Translations under genes and position numbers: made by a program
Notes under the pieces: model-generated
Told to the model about the DNA's origin: nothing
What the model saw: the letters and a program-made list of their open reading frames with translations, nothing else
Databases searched by the model: none
In this document: positions 1-9,324 of the stretch, piece after piece
How positions within the stretch are numbered: position 1 is the stretch's first letter
Layout of the letters: each line of letters opens with the position of its first letter
Virus record (IMG/VR): IMGVR_UViG_3300044859_001080
Location: 1-64,000 of that record
DNA from: a virus
Strand: one strand, 5' to 3'
DNA: 64,000 nt

Positions 1-975
1 AGTAATATTGATGCTATTAAGGATAAGTTTTCTACAAAAACAAAGTATAAGCCTGAAGATTATTATTCTTGTGGTGATGCTTTTTATAATGCTTGTGGTG
101 TACCTGGTCCTGTTATGGGGGGTATAAGTATGTTTTTGGGACATTCCAATACAAGTAAGACAACTGCTATGATATTGGCTGCTGCTGACGCCCAGAAGAA
201 GGGTCATTTACCTATTTTTATTATCACAGAAAAGAAATGGAATTGGGCACATGCTGTTGAATTGGGGTTGAATGCTGAAATTAATGAAGATGGTGAGTGG
301 GATGGTGATTTCATTTTTAATGATTCATTTGATTACATTGAGCAGATGACAGAATTTATAAATGAAATTTTGGATGCACAAGAGAAAGGAGATTTACCTT
401 ATTCTGTTTTATTTTTGATTGATAGTATTGGTTCAATACCTTGTAAGATGACCTTTGATGGAAAGGGGGGTAAGATGCACAATGCTGCTGTTCTTGCTGA
501 CAAGGTTGGAATGGGTTTACATTCAAGGATTTCAAAATCAAAGAAAGAAGATTACCCCTACCATAATACCTTGGTTGTTATCAATCAACCTTGGGTTGAA
601 TTACCAGATTCTCCATTTGGTCAGCCAACAATTAAAGCAAAAGGTGGTGAGGCTCTTTGGTTGGCATCTTCTTTAATATTCTTATTTGGTAATCAGAAGA
701 ATTCAGGCATTAACCATATAACAGCAACAAAGAACGGCAGAACAGTTTCTTATGCTATTAGAACAAAGATTTCAATATTGAAAAACCACGTTACTGGTAT
801 TGCATATAAAGATGGTAAGATATTAGCCGTACCTCAAGGATATTTGCCAGATACAAAAGAGGCAATTGAAAAGTATAAAAAAGAATATTCCCAATATTGG
901 AATGGTATTTTGTCTGGTGATGGTGATATTACCTTTTCAGAAAAAGATGAAGAAGACGCTATAATTTTTGAATAA
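1..975 (+). CDS. recA: RecA/UvsX-like recombinase (5'-truncated; frame open from base 1)
   Basis: Walker A-like GHSNTSKT, Walker B FLIDSIG, VINQ and KAKGGEAL motifs; the frame is open upstream of ATG 115 (SNIDAIKDKFST...GVPGPVMGG). Confidence 0.85.
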   Translation, partial: SNIDAIKDKFSTKTKYKPEDYYSCGDAFYNACGVPGPVMGGISMFLGHSNTSKTTAMILAAADAQKKGHLPIFIITEKKWNWAHAVELGLNAEINEDGEWDGDFIFNDSFDYIEQMTEFINEILDAQEKGDLPYSVLFLIDSIGSIPCKMTFDGKGGKMHNAAVLADKVGMGLHSRISKSKKEDYPYHNTLVVINQPWVELPDSPFGQPTIKAKGGEALWLASSLIFLFGNQKNSGINHITATKNGRTVSYAIRTKISILKNHVTGIAYKDGKILAVPQGYLPDTKEAIEKYKKEYSQYWNGILSGDGDITFSEKDEEDAIIFE

Positions 976-976
976 G

Positions 977-1966
977 ATGAAGAAAACCCTACTAATTGAT
1001 GGCAACAACCTATTTACAATAGGTTTCCACGGAGTAAGAGAATTCTATGCCGATGGTAAGCACATTGGTGGGGTTTTCCATTTTTTAAACACAATTAGGT
1101 TATTTCTTGAAAAACATAATCATGATAAGGTTGTTGTATTTTGGGATGGGAATGAGAACTCATTAATAAGAAAACAAATATATCCAAAATATAAGGAGAA
1201 TCGCAAGATTTCAATGGATGAACATAAGTATGAATCTTATTTATATCAGAGGGAACGAGTTAAGGATTATCTTGAAGAAGTTTTTGTTAGACAATGCCAG
1301 GTGAATCAGAATGAGGCTGATGATTTGATTGCTTATTATACACAAATAGCTAAAGGTGAAAAGATGATTATTTTTTCAGCAGATAAAGATTTAACTCAAT
1401 TGATTGGGGAAAATGTTACAGTGTATTCACCAAGTTCAAAGACATATAGTAAGAATGGGGATTTGATTCATTTCAAGGATATTGACATACCCCATAATAA
1501 TGTCTATATTTATAAAGTAATTGTGGGGGATACTTCTGATAATATTGATGGGATATCTAATTTTGGGGAAAAGAAATTAAAAACATTCTTTCCTAATTTT
1601 GAGAAGAGAGATTACCAGTTGGATGAAATATTAAATGAAGCAAAAGTTTTGCTTGAAGAAAAAAAGAATAAATCTCTGGATAATTTGGTGTTAGGTATTA
1701 GCAAATCTGGTTTTGCTGGAGAAGAGTTTTTTGATAAAATTGGTAGAATAATTGATTTAAAAAATCCATTAATAACTGATAACGGAAAGGAAATGGTTAA
1801 TGAGATTTGCAACGATAAACTTGACCCAACAGATAGGAGTTATAAGAATTTAATGAAATTAATGAATGAGGATGGGTTCTTTAAGTTCCTTCCAAAGAGG
1901 GATGATGCGTGGGTTGATTTTGTTAGACCATTTATGAAATTGAGTAGAAAAGAAAGAAAAAATTAA
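977..1966 (+). CDS. 5'-3' exonuclease / flap endonuclease (PolI N-terminal, T4 RNase H-like)
   Basis: LLIDGNNL, YPKYKENR, EADDLIA, SADKDLTQL, GDTSDNIDG motifs; ATG 977 preferred over TTG 968. Confidence 0.92.
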   Translation: MKKTLLIDGNNLFTIGFHGVREFYADGKHIGGVFHFLNTIRLFLEKHNHDKVVVFWDGNENSLIRKQIYPKYKENRKISMDEHKYESYLYQRERVKDYLEEVFVRQCQVNQNEADDLIAYYTQIAKGEKMIIFSADKDLTQLIGENVTVYSPSSKTYSKNGDLIHFKDIDIPHNNVYIYKVIVGDTSDNIDGISNFGEKKLKTFFPNFEKRDYQLDEILNEAKVLLEEKKNKSLDNLVLGISKSGFAGEEFFDKIGRIIDLKNPLITDNGKEMVNEICNDKLDPTDRSYKNLMKLMNEDGFFKFLPKRDDAWVDFVRPFMKLSRKERKN

Positions 1967-1983
1967 TAATTAAACAACATTTT

Positions 1984-2442
1984 ATGAAACAGAATGAAAC
2001 AACAAAGGTGGAATTTTTATTGACATTGAACAACAACATTATTGTTCAGAGGTTTTTAAACATTAAAAATATTAATCCAGATGCAAAAGATTCGGTAGAA
2101 TTGTATGATTTTGTTAAGTATTTTTCAGAAGATTTGGAGAAGTATTTAAAGATGAAATCAATTGGCTATTTGGTGGACAACAAAGATAATATTTTGTATG
2201 ACCCCACAATAATGGAGACGTCATCAACAGATGAGGCTGAATTTTTTAATATTTATGTTAAAATTTCTGACCAAGTTATTTCTCACAGGATAATTGATGG
2301 CAAGCTTTATCCACCAAAGGTAAGATACACAGTTGATATTCGTAATTTTATTAAGGAAACATTAAAAGAATTAACAAACATTTTAATTAGTGAAAATTTA
2401 ACACACGAGTATTTAGAAAAGAATTTATTGTCTAACTATTAA
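1984..2442 (+). CDS. Hypothetical protein in replication cluster
   Basis: 152 aa ORF with A-rich leader, tightly packed between exonuclease and helicase. Confidence 0.75.
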   Translation: MKQNETTKVEFLLTLNNNIIVQRFLNIKNINPDAKDSVELYDFVKYFSEDLEKYLKMKSIGYLVDNKDNILYDPTIMETSSTDEAEFFNIYVKISDQVISHRIIDGKLYPPKVRYTVDIRNFIKETLKELTNILISENLTHEYLEKNLLSNY

Positions 2443-2452
2443 TAATTTTTTT

Positions 2453-3826
2453 ATGTCAAAGAATTTTGATTATTTGGGGCAGACGTTCCAACTACAATTA
2501 ATCAATCAGATTATATTAGATAAGGAATTTGCTAGGGCAATATTGGACTTTATTAAGATATCTTATTTTGAGAATAAGTATTTCAAATTAATCATTCAAA
2601 TGATTAAGGAGTATCATAAGAAATATGATGCTGCCCCCAACTTTCAAACATTGGAAGTTGTTGCAAAGTCTGAAATATCACAAGAATTGGCTTTAAAAAT
2701 TGTTATTGATACCATAAGTAAGATTAGTTCAGCACCACTTGATGGTGTTGAACTTGTCCAAGAAAAGGCACTTAAATTCTGCAAACAAGAAGAGGTTAAG
2801 ATTGTCTTGGAAAGAGCACAAAAAGTTATCAATGAGGGTGATTTTGAATCTTATGACCAACTTGAAGAATTATTAAGATATGCACTTCAGGTTGGGGTTA
2901 AAGAAACAAATGGTTTTGAAGTTTTCAATGATTTGATTGGTGTATTAGATGAGGATTATAGACACCCCATACCAATGGGCGTGAAGGGTATAGACGTTCT
3001 CTTAAAGGGGGGTTTAGCCAAGGGTGAGGTTGGTATTATATTTGCAGGTCCAGGTATTGGCAAATCAACTCTATTGACCTTGGTTGCAAACACAGCTTTC
3101 AATAATAACTATAATGTTTTGCATATATTCTTTGAGGATAATCCCAAGATTATACAAAGAAAGCATTTGACTCTTTGGACTAAAATATCCCCAGATGAAC
3201 TGCCTAATAACAAAGAAATAGTATTAGAAACTGTTAATAATATAAAAGAAACCCACACAAATAAATTAATATTAAAGAAATTGCCATCTGATACTTTAAC
3301 AATGAATCAGATTAAGAATCAAATTAGAAAGGTTATTGCTGATGGTATTAAACTTGATTTGGTTGTTTTGGATTATATTGATTGTGTTGTACCTGATAGA
3401 CAAGGTAATGATGAGTGGAAAAATGAGGGATCTGTTATACGTCATTTTGAGGCAATGTGCCATGAGTTAAATATTGCTGGATGGCTTGGTACACAAGGAA
3501 ATCGGTCTTCAATTTCTGCAAATGTGGTAACAAACGACCAGATGGGGGGTTCAATTAAGAAAGCCCAGGTTGGACACGTTATTATTAGTATTGCAAAAAG
3601 TCTTCAGCAAAAGGAGATGAATTTGGCCACAGTTGCCATTACCAAATCAAGGATTGGAAAAGATGGTATAGTATTTGAGAATTGCAAGTTTGATAATGAA
3701 ATGCTTGAAATTGATACAGATACAACCGCAACATTCCTTGGATTTGAAGAACAACAAGTTGAACGTAAGAAAGAAAGGATTAAGGAGTTATTGGTTAAGA
3801 AAAATAGCAATGATAATTTTTTATAA
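2453..3826 (+). CDS. dnaB: Replicative DNA helicase, DnaB/T4 gp41-like
   Basis: Walker A AGPGIGKST, Walker B VVLDYID, TQGNR, ITKSRIG motifs. Confidence 0.92.
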   Translation: MSKNFDYLGQTFQLQLINQIILDKEFARAILDFIKISYFENKYFKLIIQMIKEYHKKYDAAPNFQTLEVVAKSEISQELALKIVIDTISKISSAPLDGVELVQEKALKFCKQEEVKIVLERAQKVINEGDFESYDQLEELLRYALQVGVKETNGFEVFNDLIGVLDEDYRHPIPMGVKGIDVLLKGGLAKGEVGIIFAGPGIGKSTLLTLVANTAFNNNYNVLHIFFEDNPKIIQRKHLTLWTKISPDELPNNKEIVLETVNNIKETHTNKLILKKLPSDTLTMNQIKNQIRKVIADGIKLDLVVLDYIDCVVPDRQGNDEWKNEGSVIRHFEAMCHELNIAGWLGTQGNRSSISANVVTNDQMGGSIKKAQVGHVIISIAKSLQQKEMNLATVAITKSRIGKDGIVFENCKFDNEMLEIDTDTTATFLGFEEQQVERKKERIKELLVKKNSNDNFL

Positions 3827-3874
3827 AAATTTGATTTTATAATTAAAATTGAATACTTTTATTTTCTGGTTTTA

Positions 3875-3881
3875 TATTTAT
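3875..3881 (+). promoter_or_regulatory. TATTTAT motif, putative phage promoter for nrdBA
   Basis: Same heptamer seen at a similar distance upstream of about 10 operon-leading starts in this window. Confidence 0.45.
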
Positions 3882-3904
3882 CTTAACCAAATAAAAAAAG
3901 GAAT

Positions 3905-4882
3905 ATGAAGAACATTTTTGAAAAGAGGGTAAATATTTTGCCTTATGAATATCCATCTTTATTAGCATATAAGGATGCTATAAGACATGCTTACTGGTTG
4001 CACAGTGAATTTAATTTCACAACTGATATTGATGACTATAAAACAAAAATATCAAATGAGGAGAGGGAAGTTATTAAAAGGTCAATGTTGGCTATTGCAC
4101 AAATTGAGGTGAATGTCAAAACATTCTGGGCTGACTTATACAAGAGAATGCCAATAACTGAAATTGGTGATGTTGGTATGACGTTCTCCGAAAGCGAAGT
4201 TCGACACAAGGATGCTTATGCACAATTATTACGAATTCTTGGATTAGAAGATGAGTTTAAATCAGTTATTGAAATCCCTGCCATAAAGAATAGAATTAGT
4301 TATCTATCAAAATATTTGGATGGTACAAGGAGTAAGGAGAATAAAATGTACACAAAGTCTATATTGTTGTTCTCATTATTTATTGAACATGTGAGTTTAT
4401 TTAGCCAGTTTTTAATTATGATGTCCTTTAACAAGGAGAAAAATCTATTCAAGGGTATTTCAAATGTGGTTGAGGCAACCTCAAAGGAGGAAGAAATTCA
4501 TGGTAATTTTGGTTCAGAACTTATCAATATTATCAAGGAAGAAAACCCAGAATGGTTTGATGCTGAATTTGAGGAATTGATTGTTTCTGCTTGTCATAAA
4601 GCATATGCTGCTGAATGTGGAATACTAGATTGGATATTTGAAAATGGTGAATTAAGTTTCTTATCAAAAGATACAATTAAACATTTCATTCAGAATAGAT
4701 TTAACAACTCATTAAGTAGAATTGGAATGAAGCCAGTATTTGAGGTTGATTTTACAGAGATTGAGAAGACGTTATGGTTTGATGTGGAGATTTTATCAAC
4801 AAAGGAGGGGGATTTCTTCTATAAGAAATCGGTGGATTATAATAAAAAAAGCAAGAGCATAACAGAAGATGATTTATTTTAA
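3905..4882 (+). CDS. nrdB: Ribonucleotide reductase small subunit (beta), class Id-like
   Basis: Ferritin-like metal ligands QIE68VNVK72, ESEVRH-xxx-Y, IEHVSLF, EEEIH; C-terminus KSITEDDLF. Confidence 0.95.
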   Translation: MKNIFEKRVNILPYEYPSLLAYKDAIRHAYWLHSEFNFTTDIDDYKTKISNEEREVIKRSMLAIAQIEVNVKTFWADLYKRMPITEIGDVGMTFSESEVRHKDAYAQLLRILGLEDEFKSVIEIPAIKNRISYLSKYLDGTRSKENKMYTKSILLFSLFIEHVSLFSQFLIMMSFNKEKNLFKGISNVVEATSKEEEIHGNFGSELINIIKEENPEWFDAEFEELIVSACHKAYAAECGILDWIFENGELSFLSKDTIKHFIQNRFNNSLSRIGMKPVFEVDFTEIEKTLWFDVEILSTKEGDFFYKKSVDYNKKSKSITEDDLF

Positions 4883-4894
4883 AAAACAAATATA

Positions 4895-6520
4895 ATGAAT
4901 AAAGAAAAATATTATTGGTTAAATGATGAGAGTAGGCTTTTCTTATCAAGGGGGTATATAAATGAAACCCCCGAGCAAAGGATTAAAGATATTGCTAATA
5001 AAGCAGAGGGGTATTTAAAAATTGATGGGTTTGCTGTTAAATTTGAGGAATATATGGCAAGGGGTTTTTATAGCCTTTCTACACCAGTATGGATTAATTT
5101 TGGTAAAGAAAAGGGGTTGCCTATATCCTGTTATGGATCCAATATTGATGACACATTAGATAGCATTTTAAATGCTGGAAGAGAGATTGGTATGATGTCA
5201 AAATATGGTGGTGGAACTAGTGCTTATTTAGGTAATATTAGAGCAAGGGGAACTAAAATATCAACAGGTGGTACAGCAGATGGACCAGTTCATTATGCAA
5301 GGGTGTATGACACAGTAGTTGATGTATGCAAACAATCAGAGGCAAGAAGGGGTGCATGTGCAGTTTGGTTGCCAGTTGAACATGAGGATATTATGGAGTT
5401 TCTTGATATTGGATCAGAGGGCAATCCAATCCAGAATTTACAATATGGTGTTACTGTTACAGATAATTGGATTAATGATATGAAGGGGGGAGACCCAAGC
5501 AAGAGAAAGATATGGGCAAAAATTATTCAAAGACGTAATGAGTTTGGTTTTCCATATATTATGTTTAAGGATAACTCAAACAATAATTCCCCCTACAAAG
5601 AGTTGGGTATGGAGATAACTGCAAGTAACTTGTGTTCCGAAATTCAATTGCCGACAGATTCATTAAACTCATTTGTTTGTTGTTTAGGTTCATTGAATTT
5701 ACTTCATTGGGATGAGATAGTTGAGACTGATGCAATTGAGGTTTACACAATGTTCTTAAATGCAGTTATGGATGAATTTATATTGAAGTCAGGTAAAATG
5801 GCTGGTATGAAAAGGGCTAATAGATTTGCATCACAGCATAGAGCAATTGGTTTGGGTGTTTTAGGATATCATTCATTATTTCAATCCAAGTTAATACCAT
5901 TTGAATCTTTGATGGCAAAACAATTAAATCATCAAATATTTAAAATAATTAAAGAGAAATCAGAATTGGCTTCAAAATATTTATATGAAGAGAAGGGATA
6001 TAAATGTTTAAGAGAGGGTTATGCCAACACAACATTAATTGCTATTGCCCCAACCAAGTCAAGTTCATTTATTTTAGGGCAAGTAAGTATGGGTATTGAG
6101 CCAATCAAATCAAATTATTTTATTAAAGATTTGGCTAAATCAAAAACAATTTATAAGAATCCATTTTTGGATATTGAATTGGATAAGTATGGTTTAAATA
6201 CGCCAGAAACCTGGGAGAGTATTTTGAAGAAAGATGGATCAGTTCAGCATTTGGATTTTCCCACAAAAGAGGTGTTTAAATCATTTATTGAAATATCACC
6301 AAAAGAATTGATATTACAAGCAGCACAGAGGCAAAAATTTATTGACCAATCACAGTCATTAAATTTGATGATACATCCATCAGTTCCAGCAAAGGATATA
6401 AATCAATTATATCTATATGCTCATGAAGAGGGGGTTAAGACGCTTTACTATCAGTTTAGCCAAAGTTCAGCACAATCATTTGCAAGAAATATTAATGAGT
6501 GTGTGAGTTGTGAATCGTAG
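4895..6520 (+). CDS. nrdA: Ribonucleotide reductase large subunit (alpha), short, no ATP cone
   Basis: ISCY, SNLCSEI, VCCLGS, APTKSSS, KTLYY, C-terminal CVSCES. Confidence 0.95.
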   Translation: MNKEKYYWLNDESRLFLSRGYINETPEQRIKDIANKAEGYLKIDGFAVKFEEYMARGFYSLSTPVWINFGKEKGLPISCYGSNIDDTLDSILNAGREIGMMSKYGGGTSAYLGNIRARGTKISTGGTADGPVHYARVYDTVVDVCKQSEARRGACAVWLPVEHEDIMEFLDIGSEGNPIQNLQYGVTVTDNWINDMKGGDPSKRKIWAKIIQRRNEFGFPYIMFKDNSNNNSPYKELGMEITASNLCSEIQLPTDSLNSFVCCLGSLNLLHWDEIVETDAIEVYTMFLNAVMDEFILKSGKMAGMKRANRFASQHRAIGLGVLGYHSLFQSKLIPFESLMAKQLNHQIFKIIKEKSELASKYLYEEKGYKCLREGYANTTLIAIAPTKSSSFILGQVSMGIEPIKSNYFIKDLAKSKTIYKNPFLDIELDKYGLNTPETWESILKKDGSVQHLDFPTKEVFKSFIEISPKELILQAAQRQKFIDQSQSLNLMIHPSVPAKDINQLYLYAHEEGVKTLYYQFSQSSAQSFARNINECVSCES

Positions 6521-6542
6521 ATTTGATACAATTTGTTAAATA

Positions 6543-6581
6543 AAAAACCCCCAGCCTATTAGTTTAGATTTGGGGGTTTTT
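6543..6581. terminator. Probable bidirectional intrinsic terminator
   Basis: Perfect 11-bp inverted repeat AAAAACCCCCA (6543-6553) / TGGGGGTTTTT (6571-6581) between convergent genes. Confidence 0.8.
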
Positions 6582-6602
6582 AATATTAGTATTGATTTAA
6601 AC

Positions 6603-6863
6603 TTATTTGCCACTCAATGTATCATAAAAATCTTCAAGTTTTGATAAATCAGATTTACTAAATGCAAAATTAGTATTCTCAAATTTATCTTTCATTGTTG
6701 AAAGTTTATCCATAATTTTGTTAATCATAGATATTGCTTTTTTACCAGTTGTTGCTTTACTTTCTTTATGGTAGTCCATAAAAAGGCCTTCACTTCCTTT
6801 ATCTTCAACAATTCTTTTAACTAGTTTATTTAAACCAGCTTCTGTTAATCTTATTGTTCTCAT
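6603..6863 (-). CDS. Small protein with RLTE-x-LxxLVKRIVE leader (putative head-packaged protein)
   Basis: Likely start is ATG at 6863 (MRTIRLTEAGLNKLVKRIVED), preceded by A-run and TATTTATA. Confidence 0.7.
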   Translation of the reverse strand: MRTIRLTEAGLNKLVKRIVEDKGSEGLFMDYHKESKATTGKKAISMINKIMDKLSTMKDKFENTNFAFSKSDLSKLEDFYDTLSGK

Positions 6864-6874
6864 AATTTTTTTTA

Positions 6875-6931
6875 TATAAATATACAATAAATTAAAATAG
6901 TTTACAAATTTGTGAAAAAGATATATTTATA
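6875..6931. promoter_or_regulatory. Divergent pair of TATTTATA motifs (putative late promoters)
   Basis: TATTTATA on minus strand (6875-6882) and plus strand (6924-6931), each just upstream of an ATG. Confidence 0.6.
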
Positions 6932-6946
6932 TTTAAATGAGTTATA

Positions 6947-7423
6947 ATGGCTGAAGGTTTTACATATGGTGTTGATTTCCCTTTTGATACATCTTTAAGG
7001 GGTGATGCATTAAAGATGACAGAATATATTGGTGATGAGATAAGAGCGTCATTATTACATTTGTTATTAACAAGAAAGGGTAGTAGATATTATTTACCAG
7101 ATTTTGGAACAAGGCTATATGAATTTTTATTTGAACCTTTGGATATTGTTTCATTTGATGTTATTGAGGCAGATATTAGAGATTCTGTTGCCAAATACAT
7201 ACCAAATTTAACTATAATAAATATTGTTATTGAACCTTTGGATGTTAGTGAAGAGGTTAATACATCAAAATTAAATATTGATGATTTTGGTTTAAAACCA
7301 TCTGACAAGATATATAGATCACCGGGTAATGGTACTTATCAAAATACAGCAAAAATAAAAATTGAATTCACATCAAACACAAATGCGTTTGCTGGGAGTG
7401 ATTTTGTGGTTATAAATATATAA
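6947..7423 (+). CDS. Baseplate wedge protein, T4 gp25/GPW-like
   Basis: LLLTRKGSRYYLPDFGTRLYEFLFEP signature. Confidence 0.9.
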   Translation: MAEGFTYGVDFPFDTSLRGDALKMTEYIGDEIRASLLHLLLTRKGSRYYLPDFGTRLYEFLFEPLDIVSFDVIEADIRDSVAKYIPNLTIINIVIEPLDVSEEVNTSKLNIDDFGLKPSDKIYRSPGNGTYQNTAKIKIEFTSNTNAFAGSDFVVINI

Positions 7424-7424
7424 T

Positions 7425-9257
7425 ATGGCAGATAGACAAATTTCATATGGCGTTAGAGATTTTCAAGGAATAAGAGCAGAATTATTAAATTATGTTAAAA
7501 CTTATTATCCTGATTTAATAAATGATTTTAATGATGCATCAATATTTTCAGTATTTCTTGATTTAAATGCTGCGGTTGCTGATAATTTACATTATCATAT
7601 TGATAGAAGTTTACAAGAAACTGTTTTACAATATGCACAACAGAAATCATCAATATATAATATAGCAAGAACATATGGATTAAAATTGCCTGGGCAAAGG
7701 CCATCTTTAACTTTGTGTGATTTTTCCATAACTGTTCCGGTATCAAGTGATAAGCCAGATGGAAAGTTTGCTGGTCTTCTTCAAAGAGGGGCGCAAGTTT
7801 TGGGTAATGGAGTTATATTTGAAACAATTAATGATATTGATTTTTCATCTGACTATGATGCACAAGGTAATAAGAATAGAACGGTTATACCAAATTCATT
7901 AAATAGTAATATAATTAACTATACGTTAACAAAAAGAGAACCTGTAATTAATGGTGTGACAAAAGTATTTAAAAGGGTTATTACCTCATCTGATGTTAGA
8001 CCATTTTTTGAATTGTTTTTACCAGAGAAGAATGTTTTGGGTATTACTAGTGTGATAACAAGAGATGGGCAAATTGGAACAGTCCCCCCAAATTCAGAAT
8101 TTATTGGTGATACTAATAAATGGTATGAAGTAGATTCATTGGCAGAAGATAGGGTATTTATTGTTGATACAACAAAAAACACGGGATCCTCCCCTATTAA
8201 AGTTGGTAAATATATTCAAACAGAAAATAGATTTGTATCAGAATTTACTCCAGAAGGATATAAAAAAATTACATTTGGTAATGGGGTTAATACAGCATTG
8301 GAACAATTGAATCAATTTACAACAACAGGGCAATTTCCAACATTGCAGAATTATTTAAATAATTTTTCATTAGGAAGAACATTAAAGCCAAATACAACTT
8401 TATTTATTCAATATAGAGTTGGGGGTGGGTTAAATACAAATTTGGGGCCAAACACCATTAATCAAGTTGGTGTTAATACATTTTCTATTACTAATGGTAG
8501 TCCATCACAACAATCAGCAGTCATTAATTCATTGAGGGTTAACAATGCTTTCCCTGCAATTGGGGGTGCTGGTTTGCCAAGTGTTGAAGAGGTTAGAAAT
8601 TTTGTTTCATTTAATTTTGCGGCACAAAAACGTGCGGTAACAATAAGAGACTATGAATCAATCATAAGAAATATGCCCCCACAATTTGGTGCACCAGCAA
8701 AGGTTTCAGTTCAAGAAGTTGATAATAAAATCCAAATTCTTGTTTTGTCATATGATAATAATGGGAAATTGATTAGTGATAATTCAAGATTTTTAACAGA
8801 TAACATTGCCAATTATGTTTCAAATTATAGGATGATTAATGACTATGTTGTTGTTTCATCAGCAAAGATACTTGATGTTAGTATTGATGCCAATATCATA
8901 GTTGTTCAAGGGTTTGACACCAAAAGCATTGTTGAATCTGTCATATCTACCATTAACACCTATTTCTCACCACAGAATATGCAATTGGGTAAAGATATTA
9001 ATTTATCTGAATTAAAAGGTAATATTCAAAAATTGACAGGGGTTGTGACAATTTCAAATCTTACAATTAAAAATGAGATTGGGGGTGATTATTCTGGGGA
9101 TTTTGCAACAACAAGATTGGTTCCTGGGGCATCAAGAGTGATGGTTCCAACTGATGAGATAATTTTTGCTCAACCATCAGAAATATATCACATTAGATAT
9201 CCAGAGAGAGATATAAGGATTAGTGTTAAAACAAACTCAGGAGTTACAATAGGATAA
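7425..9257 (+). CDS. Baseplate wedge protein, T4 gp6 / baseplate J-like
   Basis: RDFQGIRAEL..YYP, ITFGNG, YRVGGG, AQKRAVTIRDY motifs; follows gp25. Confidence 0.88.
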   Translation: MADRQISYGVRDFQGIRAELLNYVKTYYPDLINDFNDASIFSVFLDLNAAVADNLHYHIDRSLQETVLQYAQQKSSIYNIARTYGLKLPGQRPSLTLCDFSITVPVSSDKPDGKFAGLLQRGAQVLGNGVIFETINDIDFSSDYDAQGNKNRTVIPNSLNSNIINYTLTKREPVINGVTKVFKRVITSSDVRPFFELFLPEKNVLGITSVITRDGQIGTVPPNSEFIGDTNKWYEVDSLAEDRVFIVDTTKNTGSSPIKVGKYIQTENRFVSEFTPEGYKKITFGNGVNTALEQLNQFTTTGQFPTLQNYLNNFSLGRTLKPNTTLFIQYRVGGGLNTNLGPNTINQVGVNTFSITNGSPSQQSAVINSLRVNNAFPAIGGAGLPSVEEVRNFVSFNFAAQKRAVTIRDYESIIRNMPPQFGAPAKVSVQEVDNKIQILVLSYDNNGKLISDNSRFLTDNIANYVSNYRMINDYVVVSSAKILDVSIDANIIVVQGFDTKSIVESVISTINTYFSPQNMQLGKDINLSELKGNIQKLTGVVTISNLTIKNEIGGDYSGDFATTRLVPGASRVMVPTDEIIFAQPSEIYHIRYPERDIRISVKTNSGVTIG

Positions 9258-9324
9258 TTCATTTATTTTACGTGTTTAGTCTTTATATTATATACAATAA
9301 AATATTTACTTAAAAAAAGGCTTG

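Noticed and set aside
2453-6520. Inteins or introns in DnaB, NrdA, NrdB
   Set aside because: Proteins are of minimal length with contiguous motifs; no homing endonuclease seen.
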